From the IMG/VR virus record IMGVR_UViG_3300044772_000008: DNA of 64,000 nucleotides; one strand, written 5' to 3'. Of the stretch, positions 56,670 through 64,000 are shown piece by piece. Source of the DNA: a virus. A program made the position numbers and the translations under genes. Each line of letters begins with the position of its first letter. Position 1 is the stretch's first letter. Under the pieces are notes generated by a model. That model searched no databases and had not been told where the DNA came from. It worked only from the letters and a program-made list of their open reading frames with translations.

Positions 56670-59273
56670 TTACATCCATTGTGCCGACCTTATAGCCCAA
56701 TCTACCTCTCGCGTCAGATCCTTAGCGTTCAGGTTCGCCTTTTGAGGAGAAACGTTGACGGTGACGTTGAGAGGACCTGGTCCACCTGTGTTGCCACCAC
56801 CCGTGTTGCCACCACCTCCGCTGCCACCTCCACGAACCTCTGAAGGAGTAGTGACACCCAGATTAGGCATAGCGTTGGCAGCCGCGTTGAAGGCCTGTTG
56901 TGCTCCAGCCGCAGCAGCTATCTTCTGAGCCATGTCTGCCATCTTCTCTGCTAACGCTTGAGCAGGCGATATCATGTTCCTGAGGGGTCCGAGACCGCCA
57001 TTCAAGGCACGGTTCAGTGCTCGCTGTGCGCCAGCAGCAGCATCAATTTTGATAGCCATGTCTGCTGCTCTTTCTGCTGCTGCTTCTTCAGGTGTTGCCA
57101 GATTCCTGAGTACGCCAAGATGATCACCTTGTAGTCTATTCAGGATCTTTATAGCACCATTTAGATCACCCACGGCTGCTAGGTTCAGAACCTGCTTCAG
57201 GGTCAGTGCGCTTACTCTACCTCGGAGAATCTCGACCCCCCTAGCCTCCCGCATTAGCACCTCTATCTGCTTCCTATTGAGGTCAGTGTTCCATTTCAAA
57301 GTCAGACCAAATGTTCGTAGTTTGTCATCTCCTTCAGCTATCCCGTCAGCCCAGTCAAACAGGTTCTGTCGCTGTCGTTCCTGCTGCCTTCCGAGTCGGT
57401 CGAAGGAATCGTCGATACCCTGCATCTCGCCCTTCCACCGAGCGTACTCGGGGAACTCCCAAAACTTGAGGCGGTCCCAGAAGGAGAGCTCCTGAAGTCG
57501 GTTGTTGAGCGTATTGAATCGCTCTGTCGCTTTGGTTATCGCTTGCTCACTTCCAGTCTTCATCATCTGGAAGAACGCCTCGCCCTTCGCTCGTCCCTCA
57601 CGGAAGGCGTTCGCGACTTCGAGTATACCAAGCGCGAGTGCTACCCAACCGAGCCTCCTGAGTACCGTCCCCAGACCAGACATAACACCCTTGAAGGTGA
57701 GGGCTGCAGTCCCTACTGTCTGGAAACCGACAACAAGGTTGAGAAGGCGAGCACCAACGTTGACAGCAAGCGTCCTACCGAGAGTCACGAGGGCAACAGT
57801 GAGTGCTGCAATTGCAAGAAGCGCAACATGTTTGATTGTCTCCCAGTTACGCTTCCACCAGGCGCTGAGCTCGTCCCAGTTTGCGATGATCAGAACGGCT
57901 GCACCAATGAGCGCGGCTGCTATGAGACCACCAGCAAGACCGAGGCCTCCAAGGATACTGATGAAGGTCCCAATGCCGATCCCTGCGAACTTCAGCAGTG
58001 AAGCAAACAGAAGGATACCTCCACCGATTTTGGCGATCGCTCCGAAGAACAAAGCGAGAGCACCAACCCCTAAGAGGATCTTGGCCACTAGTTCCTTGGT
58101 GCCCTGATCCCATCCGTCGATCCAGTCCAGCACTCTCTTTCCCATCTTGACAAGGTCCATCAGGACAGGAATGAAGAGGTTTCTCAGGTCACGACGCAGT
58201 GAGTCCCACTTGTTCCGAAGTATCTCGATCTGAACCGCAGGAGTCTTGCGCATGATGTCCCAGGCACCCTTGAAGTAGCCCACGAGGTCTTTTCGCGTCA
58301 AGGCATCGATGTTCTTAGTCAGTGCCTTGAACTGAGGAACGGCTAGTCTGAAGAACCTGTTCGCCTGAATTGAGCCTGCACCGAACATGTCTTCGAATGC
58401 GTCAACCTGTTCCTGGGTAGTCATGTTCTTCATTGCCAGACCCATATCCGTAATGATGGCGCCAAGTTGCCGGAAGTTGCCAGTCGCCTCGTCAAAGACT
58501 TTTACACCAAGAACTCCCTGAACATCCTTATAGTGACGTGACAACTGGTCAAGTGCTCTCGAGACAGAGATAGTTGCCTGCGCCTGAGTTCTGCCTCGCT
58601 TAGTTAGGAAGTCAACGGCACCAGCCGTAGTCTGTAAGGTCTGGTCCATCGACTTTGCGGCAGAGACAACGTTACCCCAGGCAGAGATCAACTCTTCAAA
58701 CGTACCAGTTGATTGCTGGACCTGTTTGAACAGGAGGTCAAGAATGTTCCGCGTGTCATCAGCTTCAAGACCAAAGGCGTTCATGATCTGAATGACGCCT
58801 CGCGTCACAGTACGAACGTCTGTACCACCTGCAGTCGCTGCCTTTGAGAAACTTGTCACCATGTCGATAGCGTCTTTGTAGTTGACCTCGACGCTCGAGA
58901 AGATGTCGAACAGACCCTCAGCCACCTCGTTCGAGGAGACTGCAACATCTCCCATTACGTCGTTGGCAGCCTCTTGGAACTTCCTCAGCTGTGTTTCACC
59001 AAGTCGTGCCTGAGTCTGTACAAGACTCATACTGCGCTCGAACTCGATGCCCAGACGAGCAGTGTCTCCTGCAGCATCGAAGATGGCCATGCCGAACCTC
59101 GTGAGCATGGTGCCTGCTTTTTGCAACGCAAGGCCAAGGGCGAAGACCTGATAGCCGGCAAAGCGACTCTGAGTCCCTACGGCTCCGACCGCGGTACCAA
59201 CACCCTGAATGGCTTGAGAAGCCTGATCACGCGCTTGGATGATCAGAAGCCACTCTCTCATGCCCATAGGCAT
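56670..59273 (-). CDS. tail tape measure protein
   Basis: 867 aa, alpha-helical/Ala-Gly-rich with central hydrophobic segments. Follows the G/GT chaperone pair. RBS TAAGGAGG. Confidence 0.9.
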   Translation of the reverse strand: MPMGMREWLLIIQARDQASQAIQGVGTAVGAVGTQSRFAGYQVFALGLALQKAGTMLTRFGMAIFDAAGDTARLGIEFERSMSLVQTQARLGETQLRKFQEAANDVMGDVAVSSNEVAEGLFDIFSSVEVNYKDAIDMVTSFSKAATAGGTDVRTVTRGVIQIMNAFGLEADDTRNILDLLFKQVQQSTGTFEELISAWGNVVSAAKSMDQTLQTTAGAVDFLTKRGRTQAQATISVSRALDQLSRHYKDVQGVLGVKVFDEATGNFRQLGAIITDMGLAMKNMTTQEQVDAFEDMFGAGSIQANRFFRLAVPQFKALTKNIDALTRKDLVGYFKGAWDIMRKTPAVQIEILRNKWDSLRRDLRNLFIPVLMDLVKMGKRVLDWIDGWDQGTKELVAKILLGVGALALFFGAIAKIGGGILLFASLLKFAGIGIGTFISILGGLGLAGGLIAAALIGAAVLIIANWDELSAWWKRNWETIKHVALLAIAALTVALVTLGRTLAVNVGARLLNLVVGFQTVGTAALTFKGVMSGLGTVLRRLGWVALALGILEVANAFREGRAKGEAFFQMMKTGSEQAITKATERFNTLNNRLQELSFWDRLKFWEFPEYARWKGEMQGIDDSFDRLGRQQERQRQNLFDWADGIAEGDDKLRTFGLTLKWNTDLNRKQIEVLMREARGVEILRGRVSALTLKQVLNLAAVGDLNGAIKILNRLQGDHLGVLRNLATPEEAAAERAADMAIKIDAAAGAQRALNRALNGGLGPLRNMISPAQALAEKMADMAQKIAAAAGAQQAFNAAANAMPNLGVTTPSEVRGGGSGGGGNTGGGNTGGPGPLNVTVNVSPQKANLNAKDLTREVDWAIRSAQWM

Positions 59274-59287
59274 GTTACGAGGCCTCC

Positions 59288-59910
59288 TTACGACGCATAA
59301 GCAGCTGCCTTCTTCTTTGCCCTAGCAGCACTTTCTTCCCGCTCCATCCTCATCTTCTGGGCCATCTGTTGGGCCTCTGCAACTATCTGCAGTCGTCTGA
59401 TCCAAAGCGGGTCCTGATCGAACAGTCCTCCGGGACCCGGTAACACATTCATCGTTAGACACATTCCTGTGACTTCGATGATAGTGGCTACGTCTTGGTC
59501 CTCGATCCGTTTTCCGTGTCCGAGGGCGAGCCAGACTTGGCGGGTAAAGGGGTCTCATCATCCGGCAGGTTCAGCTCAGTGATGTAGCTTTCGATCTCCA
59601 AGGCGATCTTTGGATCCAACTTGTTGATGTCATTACGGTCCATCAGATTGAGTTGGCGACCTTCGTCGTCTTCAAGGTTGTGCTCGAGGATCATGTGGGA
59701 GAACTCGTATATGCGAACCTCTTCCTGGGAGAGATTGAGCTGCATATCAATCGAGTCAGAGTCTCTCTTGAACGGTGCTGTGACACCCATCCCGAGGTTC
59801 CGACGAGCGAGCATCTCTCCATAGTTGAGCTTCCGGAGTACAACATATCCCTCCGGAAGCTCTTTGAGGTTGAACTTCTGACCCTGCCTACTTGCAGTTG
59901 CTTTCGGCAT
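59288..59910 (-). CDS. tail assembly chaperone -1 frameshift product (gpGT-like)
   Basis: The -1 frame is open from just upstream of the heptamer to the TAA at 59288-59290, 14 nt before the tape-measure ATG. The extension reads ...FTRQVWLALGHGKRIEDQDVATIIEVTG...RLQIVAEAQQMAQKMRMEREESAARAKKKAAAYAS. Confidence 0.6.
59488..59910 (-). CDS. tail assembly chaperone (gpG-like)
   Basis: 140 aa, between the major tail and tape measure genes. Contains the slippery heptamer near its 3' end. Confidence 0.75.
   Translation of the reverse strand: MPKATASRQGQKFNLKELPEGYVVLRKLNYGEMLARRNLGMGVTAPFKRDSDSIDMQLNLSQEEVRIYEFSHMILEHNLEDDEGRQLNLMDRNDINKLDPKIALEIESYITELNLPDDETPLPAKSGSPSDTENGSRTKT
59545..59551 (-). 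promoter_or_regulatory. -1 programmed ribosomal frameshift slippery heptamer C_CCT_TTA
   Basis: Read on the minus strand in the gpG zero frame as ACC CCT TTA (X_XXY_YYZ). The -1 frame has a stop just upstream (TGA) and is then open for 87 codons. Confidence 0.6.
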
Positions 59911-59940
59911 GCCCCTCTCCTTTCTGCATGCCTTCCAATA

Positions 59941-60891
59941 TTACGTGATGCTGATTGCCGACTTGACGACCATCGTGTAGGCGTCAGTCACCAAGGCGAT
60001 GCTGTGCATGTTGATCGACGCTCGGAGGATATCACCGAAGCCAGACAGCGACACGGGGTACGTGTCAACGACACAGTTGTTCAGCTTGATCGACACTTCA
60101 TCGGACGATGCGTTGTTACTTGCTAGGATCTCCAAGACCTGAATGGTCTGGTTCTTGAAGACGTTGTAGTCAGTCGCGTTATCAAAGTCCATGTCGTATG
60201 TTGCAGTGACTTCTCGCTCGCCCCAAGTGATATAGGCAGCTCCACGCTGTCCGTTCAAACGGTTAGCAGCGGTCCCGTTGTCATTGATCGTGATGTTGAA
60301 GGTGTCAACGTCGGGCCGTGGCGTCGCATCTGGGAACTCAAGAATAACCTTCCCAGGTGCATACGGAGTCGTCGTAGGCCAGGTCGGAGTCAACGTGGAC
60401 TGAACAGCCTCATCGGAACCAACAACAGAGAACGTACCGATGAGAACACCACCGTCGACGGTGAACACCTGCTGCACGACCGAGCACCCGACGTATCCGA
60501 ACACAACCCCGCTTCGTTGGCAAGAGACCGACAGAGTCTTCCGAACCGTAGCACCTGCACCCGTAGATGTCTTCGCAACACCAACCGGAGCAAAAGTGTA
60601 CGTAAACGGACCGGCACCTGTCTTGACGATCGACACACGGGATGCGTACATCCATCGTAGAAGCTGGTCCGCAGTGACCTCGAACTCTACGTCGCCTTCG
60701 ACGTGCTTGTACCCCTGCAAGGCTCCTGTACGGTCAGCCGTCCCTCGGATGTTCAGTCGGTAGTACTTGTCCTCCATGAGCTCGAGGGTCTCACTCCGAA
60801 GAGGAATGAAGTCGGTTGGGGCGATGTAGGTGTTTTGGGTCGTCTCAAAGGCGACACCAACTACACCTTGACCAGCAACCTCAAGGGTCAA
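59941..60891 (-). CDS. major tail (tube) protein
   Basis: 316 aa, beta-rich, directly upstream of the chaperone pair. Confidence 0.65.
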   Translation of the reverse strand: MTLEVAGQGVVGVAFETTQNTYIAPTDFIPLRSETLELMEDKYYRLNIRGTADRTGALQGYKHVEGDVEFEVTADQLLRWMYASRVSIVKTGAGPFTYTFAPVGVAKTSTGAGATVRKTLSVSCQRSGVVFGYVGCSVVQQVFTVDGGVLIGTFSVVGSDEAVQSTLTPTWPTTTPYAPGKVILEFPDATPRPDVDTFNITINDNGTAANRLNGQRGAAYITWGEREVTATYDMDFDNATDYNVFKNQTIQVLEILASNNASSDEVSIKLNNCVVDTYPVSLSGFGDILRASINMHSIALVTDAYTMVVKSAISIT

Positions 60892-61178
60892 CTTGTCTCA
60901 CCCCCCTCCGCCACTTCGGCCGTAACAACGACCGGTGCTTCGTATTCCTCTGCAGGTTCAGGATAGACGTATCCCGGGAGCTTTGTGTTCAGTTCTGTCG
61001 TGGACTGACTACTTGCGATGACGGTCACACCGTGTGCACTCTTGAGGAACTCCACCTGCTTGTCGTCGAGTTCTGCGACAACGTGGCCCTTGTTCTTTAG
61101 CAGGCCCACAGGGGGCACCTCAAAGAATACATCGTCCATGGCGTCTGGTCTGTCTAGGCTCACTTTGTACTTGCCCAC
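60888..61178 (-). CDS. hypothetical tail/neck-module protein
   Basis: 96 aa. Overlaps the major tail gene start by 4 nt. Confidence 0.55.
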   Translation of the reverse strand: MGKYKVSLDRPDAMDDVFFEVPPVGLLKNKGHVVAELDDKQVEFLKSAHGVTVIASSQSTTELNTKLPGYVYPEPAEEYEAPVVVTAEVAEGGETS

Positions 61179-61194
61179 TAACCTTCACCCCCTT

Positions 61195-61641
61195 CTAGAA
61201 GCCCTCACGACTGAGGCCATCCCACGTGAGCCTGGTTGCACGTATCATCTCGCTCTCCCGGAGCCTCACGCCAGGATCGATGCTGCTGATGTATCCGAAG
61301 ATGACGAGCCCGCCGAGGGTGAGATCCTCGTGAAGCTTCGCTTCTACCAGCTCGGACAACTCTTCGGACTCCTTCTTGTTGATCTCAGTCGACTGAATCT
61401 TGCCGTGTTCCAGCATCATCATGACTGAGAATGTGATCTCGAACCTATGTGTTCCGACCCCTCCTCGGCCCTTTCGGCCTGACTCTACGGAGAGTGCAGG
61501 GAACTCGGGGATCAGTTGCTGGAAGCCGTAGTAGACGCCTTTGAGTGTCAACTCGTCTGCCGCCTCGGTGAGAATGTCGACCACCCTTTGTGTAATCACA
61601 GGTGCTCGCCATTCGAGGTCCCCTATCTGCACTAGGACCAC
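61195..61641 (-). CDS. head-tail joining / tail terminator-like protein
   Basis: 148 aa. Call by position in the connector block. Confidence 0.5.
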   Translation of the reverse strand: MVLVQIGDLEWRAPVITQRVVDILTEAADELTLKGVYYGFQQLIPEFPALSVESGRKGRGGVGTHRFEITFSVMMMLEHGKIQSTEINKKESEELSELVEAKLHEDLTLGGLVIFGYISSIDPGVRLRESEMIRATRLTWDGLSREGF

Positions 61642-62183
61642 TCCGGACCGCTGATGAAGTCAAGGAACAGCTCCCCCATTTCATCCTGAGCAGCTTCAGA
61701 GATGTAGGTGTAGTCGCGCTGAGGCATCTTGGAAGTTCCTTCGACGTGGTAGCCTCCGTAGCCTGTAGGGTCTTGTAGTACGGCAACGACGTCTTGGCCG
61801 CCACCACCAATAGCCCAACTGTTGGGATCGACGGCTCCTTTTCGAAGTTCGCCTGTTCGCTGTAGGATCTTCACGGCACTGGAGAACCCAGAGAAGATGC
61901 GCTCCTGGAACTCTGAAGTACCTTCCCGGAAGCTCTCTGTGCCTCCTACGCCTCCGATGTCACCCATGACACGGGTTCGGATTGTGCCCGGTGCTAGTGG
62001 AGTCCAGTGGCTTGGACGACCCTCTACTTCAAAGTTCAGGTCGATCTCGGTAGCCGCGATCTCAGTTGCCTCTCGCATCGGCTCCTCGAGTTGCCGAGCC
62101 CTCTCTGCCGCAGCGAAGAAGGCCTGGGCAACGATTGCCGGCTGAGGAATCCAGACGACTTCGAAGCCGAGCTTGACAGGCAC
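61632..62183 (-). CDS. HK97 gp10 / virion-morphogenesis-family head-tail adaptor
   Basis: 183 aa. EVEGRPSHWTPLAPGTIRTR resembles the GRP.W.PL...T block of that family. Confidence 0.55.
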   Translation of the reverse strand: MPVKLGFEVVWIPQPAIVAQAFFAAAERARQLEEPMREATEIAATEIDLNFEVEGRPSHWTPLAPGTIRTRVMGDIGGVGGTESFREGTSEFQERIFSGFSSAVKILQRTGELRKGAVDPNSWAIGGGGQDVVAVLQDPTGYGGYHVEGTSKMPQRDYTYISEAAQDEMGELFLDFISGPEWS

Positions 62184-62203
62184 TTAGTTCACGCCCCCCA
62201 TGG

Positions 62204-62716
62204 CTAGAACACTTCATCCATGTTGAAGAACCTAAGAGGGTCTCCTGAATTGACGCCGATGAGGTTTGAGTCAACTTCGACAACAGTCTTGTCATTGGGC
62301 CAGAAGTCTCCTTCACCGAAGGTCAGCTCACTCACAAGGTCATCACCTGTATCGGGGTCGACAAGACTTGCTGTCCCACTACGTAGTGCGTCTAGGAATC
62401 TCATGGCTCGGTCTTCTAGACCCTGCGCGAAGGTACTCGGAGACATTACCTCCTCCGAGTACCTTCGCTGGTACCTGTACGCCGCCATCAAGAGACTGAC
62501 GATGGTTCTCACCAGGTCAGGTACTGTCTCCGCAGGCGCTACAAGTGGGGTCGTAGTCGTCCAAAGATTGACGTGGTCTGGATAGAGATCGATCAGAGCT
62601 GCCTTGACGATTGTCTCAGCCTCAGAGCGCTCCGGCTCCGCATCGTCCTCGTTCTCGAAGCGGATCTTCGTTCCGTCGAGCCAACTGTTGGCATCGGAGT
62701 AGAGCGCTAGAGTCAT
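62204..62716 (-). CDS. head-tail connector (gp6-like) protein
   Basis: 170 aa. Call by position. Confidence 0.5.
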   Translation of the reverse strand: MTLALYSDANSWLDGTKIRFENEDDAEPERSEAETIVKAALIDLYPDHVNLWTTTTPLVAPAETVPDLVRTIVSLLMAAYRYQRRYSEEVMSPSTFAQGLEDRAMRFLDALRSGTASLVDPDTGDDLVSELTFGEGDFWPNDKTVVEVDSNLIGVNSGDPLRFFNMDEVF

Positions 62717-63000
62717 TACTTGTTCTCACCTCCAGCCGTCTTCGGAGGTCCTGCCTTCGGAGGCTCAGGACCAGCTGGCTGAGGTGCTGCTCGTTCCTTG
62801 GCTTGGGTCTCTGCGTCTTCCGAAGCAGGAACCGGACCTTCTCCGGCTCCAGTCTCTTCAGCGTTCGGACCCTCACCTTCGATCGCACCTGCCTCCTTGA
62901 AGGCGGCAATCTGTGCATCGTCGAATTCACCCTCGGGAATCTCTTCCCCAGGCTGGAGCGACTTGCCGCCTGCAAGGAGAATGACCATCGCTGCCTTCAT
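62716..63000 (-). CDS. hypothetical Pro/Glu/Ala/Gly-rich protein
   Basis: 94 aa. ATGA-type junction with the downstream gene. Confidence 0.55.
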   Translation of the reverse strand: MKAAMVILLAGGKSLQPGEEIPEGEFDDAQIAAFKEAGAIEGEGPNAEETGAGEGPVPASEDAETQAKERAAPQPAGPEPPKAGPPKTAGGENK

Positions 63001-63011
63001 CAGCTCCCCTC

Positions 63012-63584
63012 TCAGGATAGGACCTTAGCAGCCCTAAGAGCTGCCAGGATGGCATTGACCTTTGTCTTGATGTCATTCACGAGGCCCTGTTCACCAGCGC
63101 CCCCTGAAGTATAGGTACCGTCTGCATCTGCGATAGTGATCGGAGAGGTCTGGAAGCTGTAAGTGGTCTGCTCACGAGGCTTGAGGAGCCCGAGATACAC
63201 GTGCCTGTTAGCTCCACCGAACCCCGCCGCATTCATAGCAGCAATGATTGCGTTCACCTTGGTCTTCATCTCGTTGATGAGAGATGCTTCGGCAGCGTCG
63301 TAGACAGCATCTGAGTCGGCAGTCGCCACATTCACAGTGTTGGCCTGGAGAAACTTTCCAGCCTTACCACCCCAGACCGACCCAGTCTTGTTAGAAGTAG
63401 TCGTAGAGATGATACTAGCAGACCTGAGGGCGGTCAAGATCGAGTTGATCTTGCCCTTCAGGCTGTTAGCCAGAGTCGACTCAGGCGCTCCCCAAGTCGC
63501 TCCGGCATCCGTATTCGCTTCGTCAGTGACGTTAGTCTGATAGAATTGGAACTTTCGGTGCCCGAAGATAACAGGAGCTGCCAT
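63012..63584 (-). CDS. head-module protein with three internal helical repeats (decoration/fibre candidate)
   Basis: LANSLKGKINSILTALRSASII / LINEMKTKVNAIIAAMNAAGF / LVNDIKTKVNAILAALRAAKVL, spaced about 65 aa apart. Lies directly after the capsid gene. Confidence 0.65.
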   Translation of the reverse strand: MAAPVIFGHRKFQFYQTNVTDEANTDAGATWGAPESTLANSLKGKINSILTALRSASIISTTTSNKTGSVWGGKAGKFLQANTVNVATADSDAVYDAAEASLINEMKTKVNAIIAAMNAAGFGGANRHVYLGLLKPREQTTYSFQTSPITIADADGTYTSGGAGEQGLVNDIKTKVNAILAALRAAKVLS

Positions 63585-63597
63585 AGGATCATCCCCC

Positions 63598-64000
63598 TTA
63601 TGTCAAGAGGTCCTTGAGCAGATATCCTGCGCCGTTCGAGTCACCAGTGCCATCGACGACAATGAGCTTGATGTCGTAGCGACGACGCACCCGGACAACG
63701 TCCGAGGCTCGCCTCTCCTCGCGCCAACGCTCAGTGGCCATCACAGAACCACCAGCACGCGAGTAACCCCACACGAACTCGTAGCCGTAGGCCGGAACCT
63801 TACGACCAGGACGTGGCGGGACGTAGGCGAGAACCATGTCGTCTGCCCAGAGGTACCCGAACGTCTCAGCCTGACCGTAGACGCTGGTAACAACACCAGC
63901 ACCGGCCCGACGGAACTGTGGGATGCCAAGAACCTGTGAGATGAGATCATCGTTGGCAATGCCAAGCTGCGAGTGCTTGATCCGCTCGATGAAGTCCGGG
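63598..64000 (-). CDS. probable major capsid protein, C-terminal part (ORF enters from beyond the window end)
   Basis: Own reading. The minus frame of track ORF 63598-63837 has no stop up to nt 64000 (PDFIERIKHSQLGIANDDLISQVLGIPQFRRAG...). Position upstream of the decoration/connector genes. Confidence 0.5.
   Translation of the reverse strand, partial: PDFIERIKHSQLGIANDDLISQVLGIPQFRRAGAGVVTSVYGQAETFGYLWADDMVLAYVPPRPGRKVPAYGYEFVWGYSRAGGSVMATERWREERRASDVVRVRRRYDIKLIVVDGTGDSNGAGYLLKDLLT

Overview
The window reads as about 64 kb of a tailed dsDNA phage genome with a siphovirus-type tail module. The host is most likely an actinobacterium, based on a WhiB-family regulator, an LAxTG (class E sortase) sorting signal, an Rpf-like muralytic domain and GGAGG-type ribosome-binding sites. 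The layout has three parts. (i) 1-7025, minus strand: packaging and head-proximal genes (putative small terminase, SNase-like nuclease, large terminase, portal, several small beta-rich virion-module proteins), running off the window start. (ii) About 7.2-48.0 kb, plus strand: roughly 95 early/middle genes in short, often translationally coupled operons, driven by at least 11 near-consensus sigma70/SigA-type promoters (TTGAyw-N17-18-TAtAAT). This block includes six paralogous excisionase/MerR-like HTH proteins, an SNF2+SWIM helicase pair, and a Cas4-like nuclease/AAA_24/DUF669/prim-pol module. It also carries a complete preQ0 pathway (folE, queD, queE, queC) with a DpdA-like transglycosylase, which predicts 7-deazaguanine DNA modification. 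Other genes here are a family-A DNA polymerase with an N-terminal family-4 UDG-like domain, MazG, a RuvC-like resolvase, three homing-endonuclease-type genes, exported/surface proteins and muralytic enzymes. (iii) 48.0-64.0 kb, minus strand: the capsid gene 3' end, connectors, major tail, G/GT chaperones with a CCCTTTA -1 slippery site, tape measure, distal tail/fibre proteins and a holin-like gene. I saw no integrase, tRNA, rRNA or CRISPR array. The most unusual items are: an almost ORF-free, highly structured 1-kb stretch (22.8-23.8 kb) ending in a strong intrinsic terminator (candidate ncRNA); a family of long-helix intergenic elements; repeated promoter-HTH cassettes; unassigned ORFs threaded through the deazaguanine operon; and phage-encoded sortase-anchored and RTX-type exported proteins. 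All functional calls come from motif recognition by eye. No database search or folding program was run.
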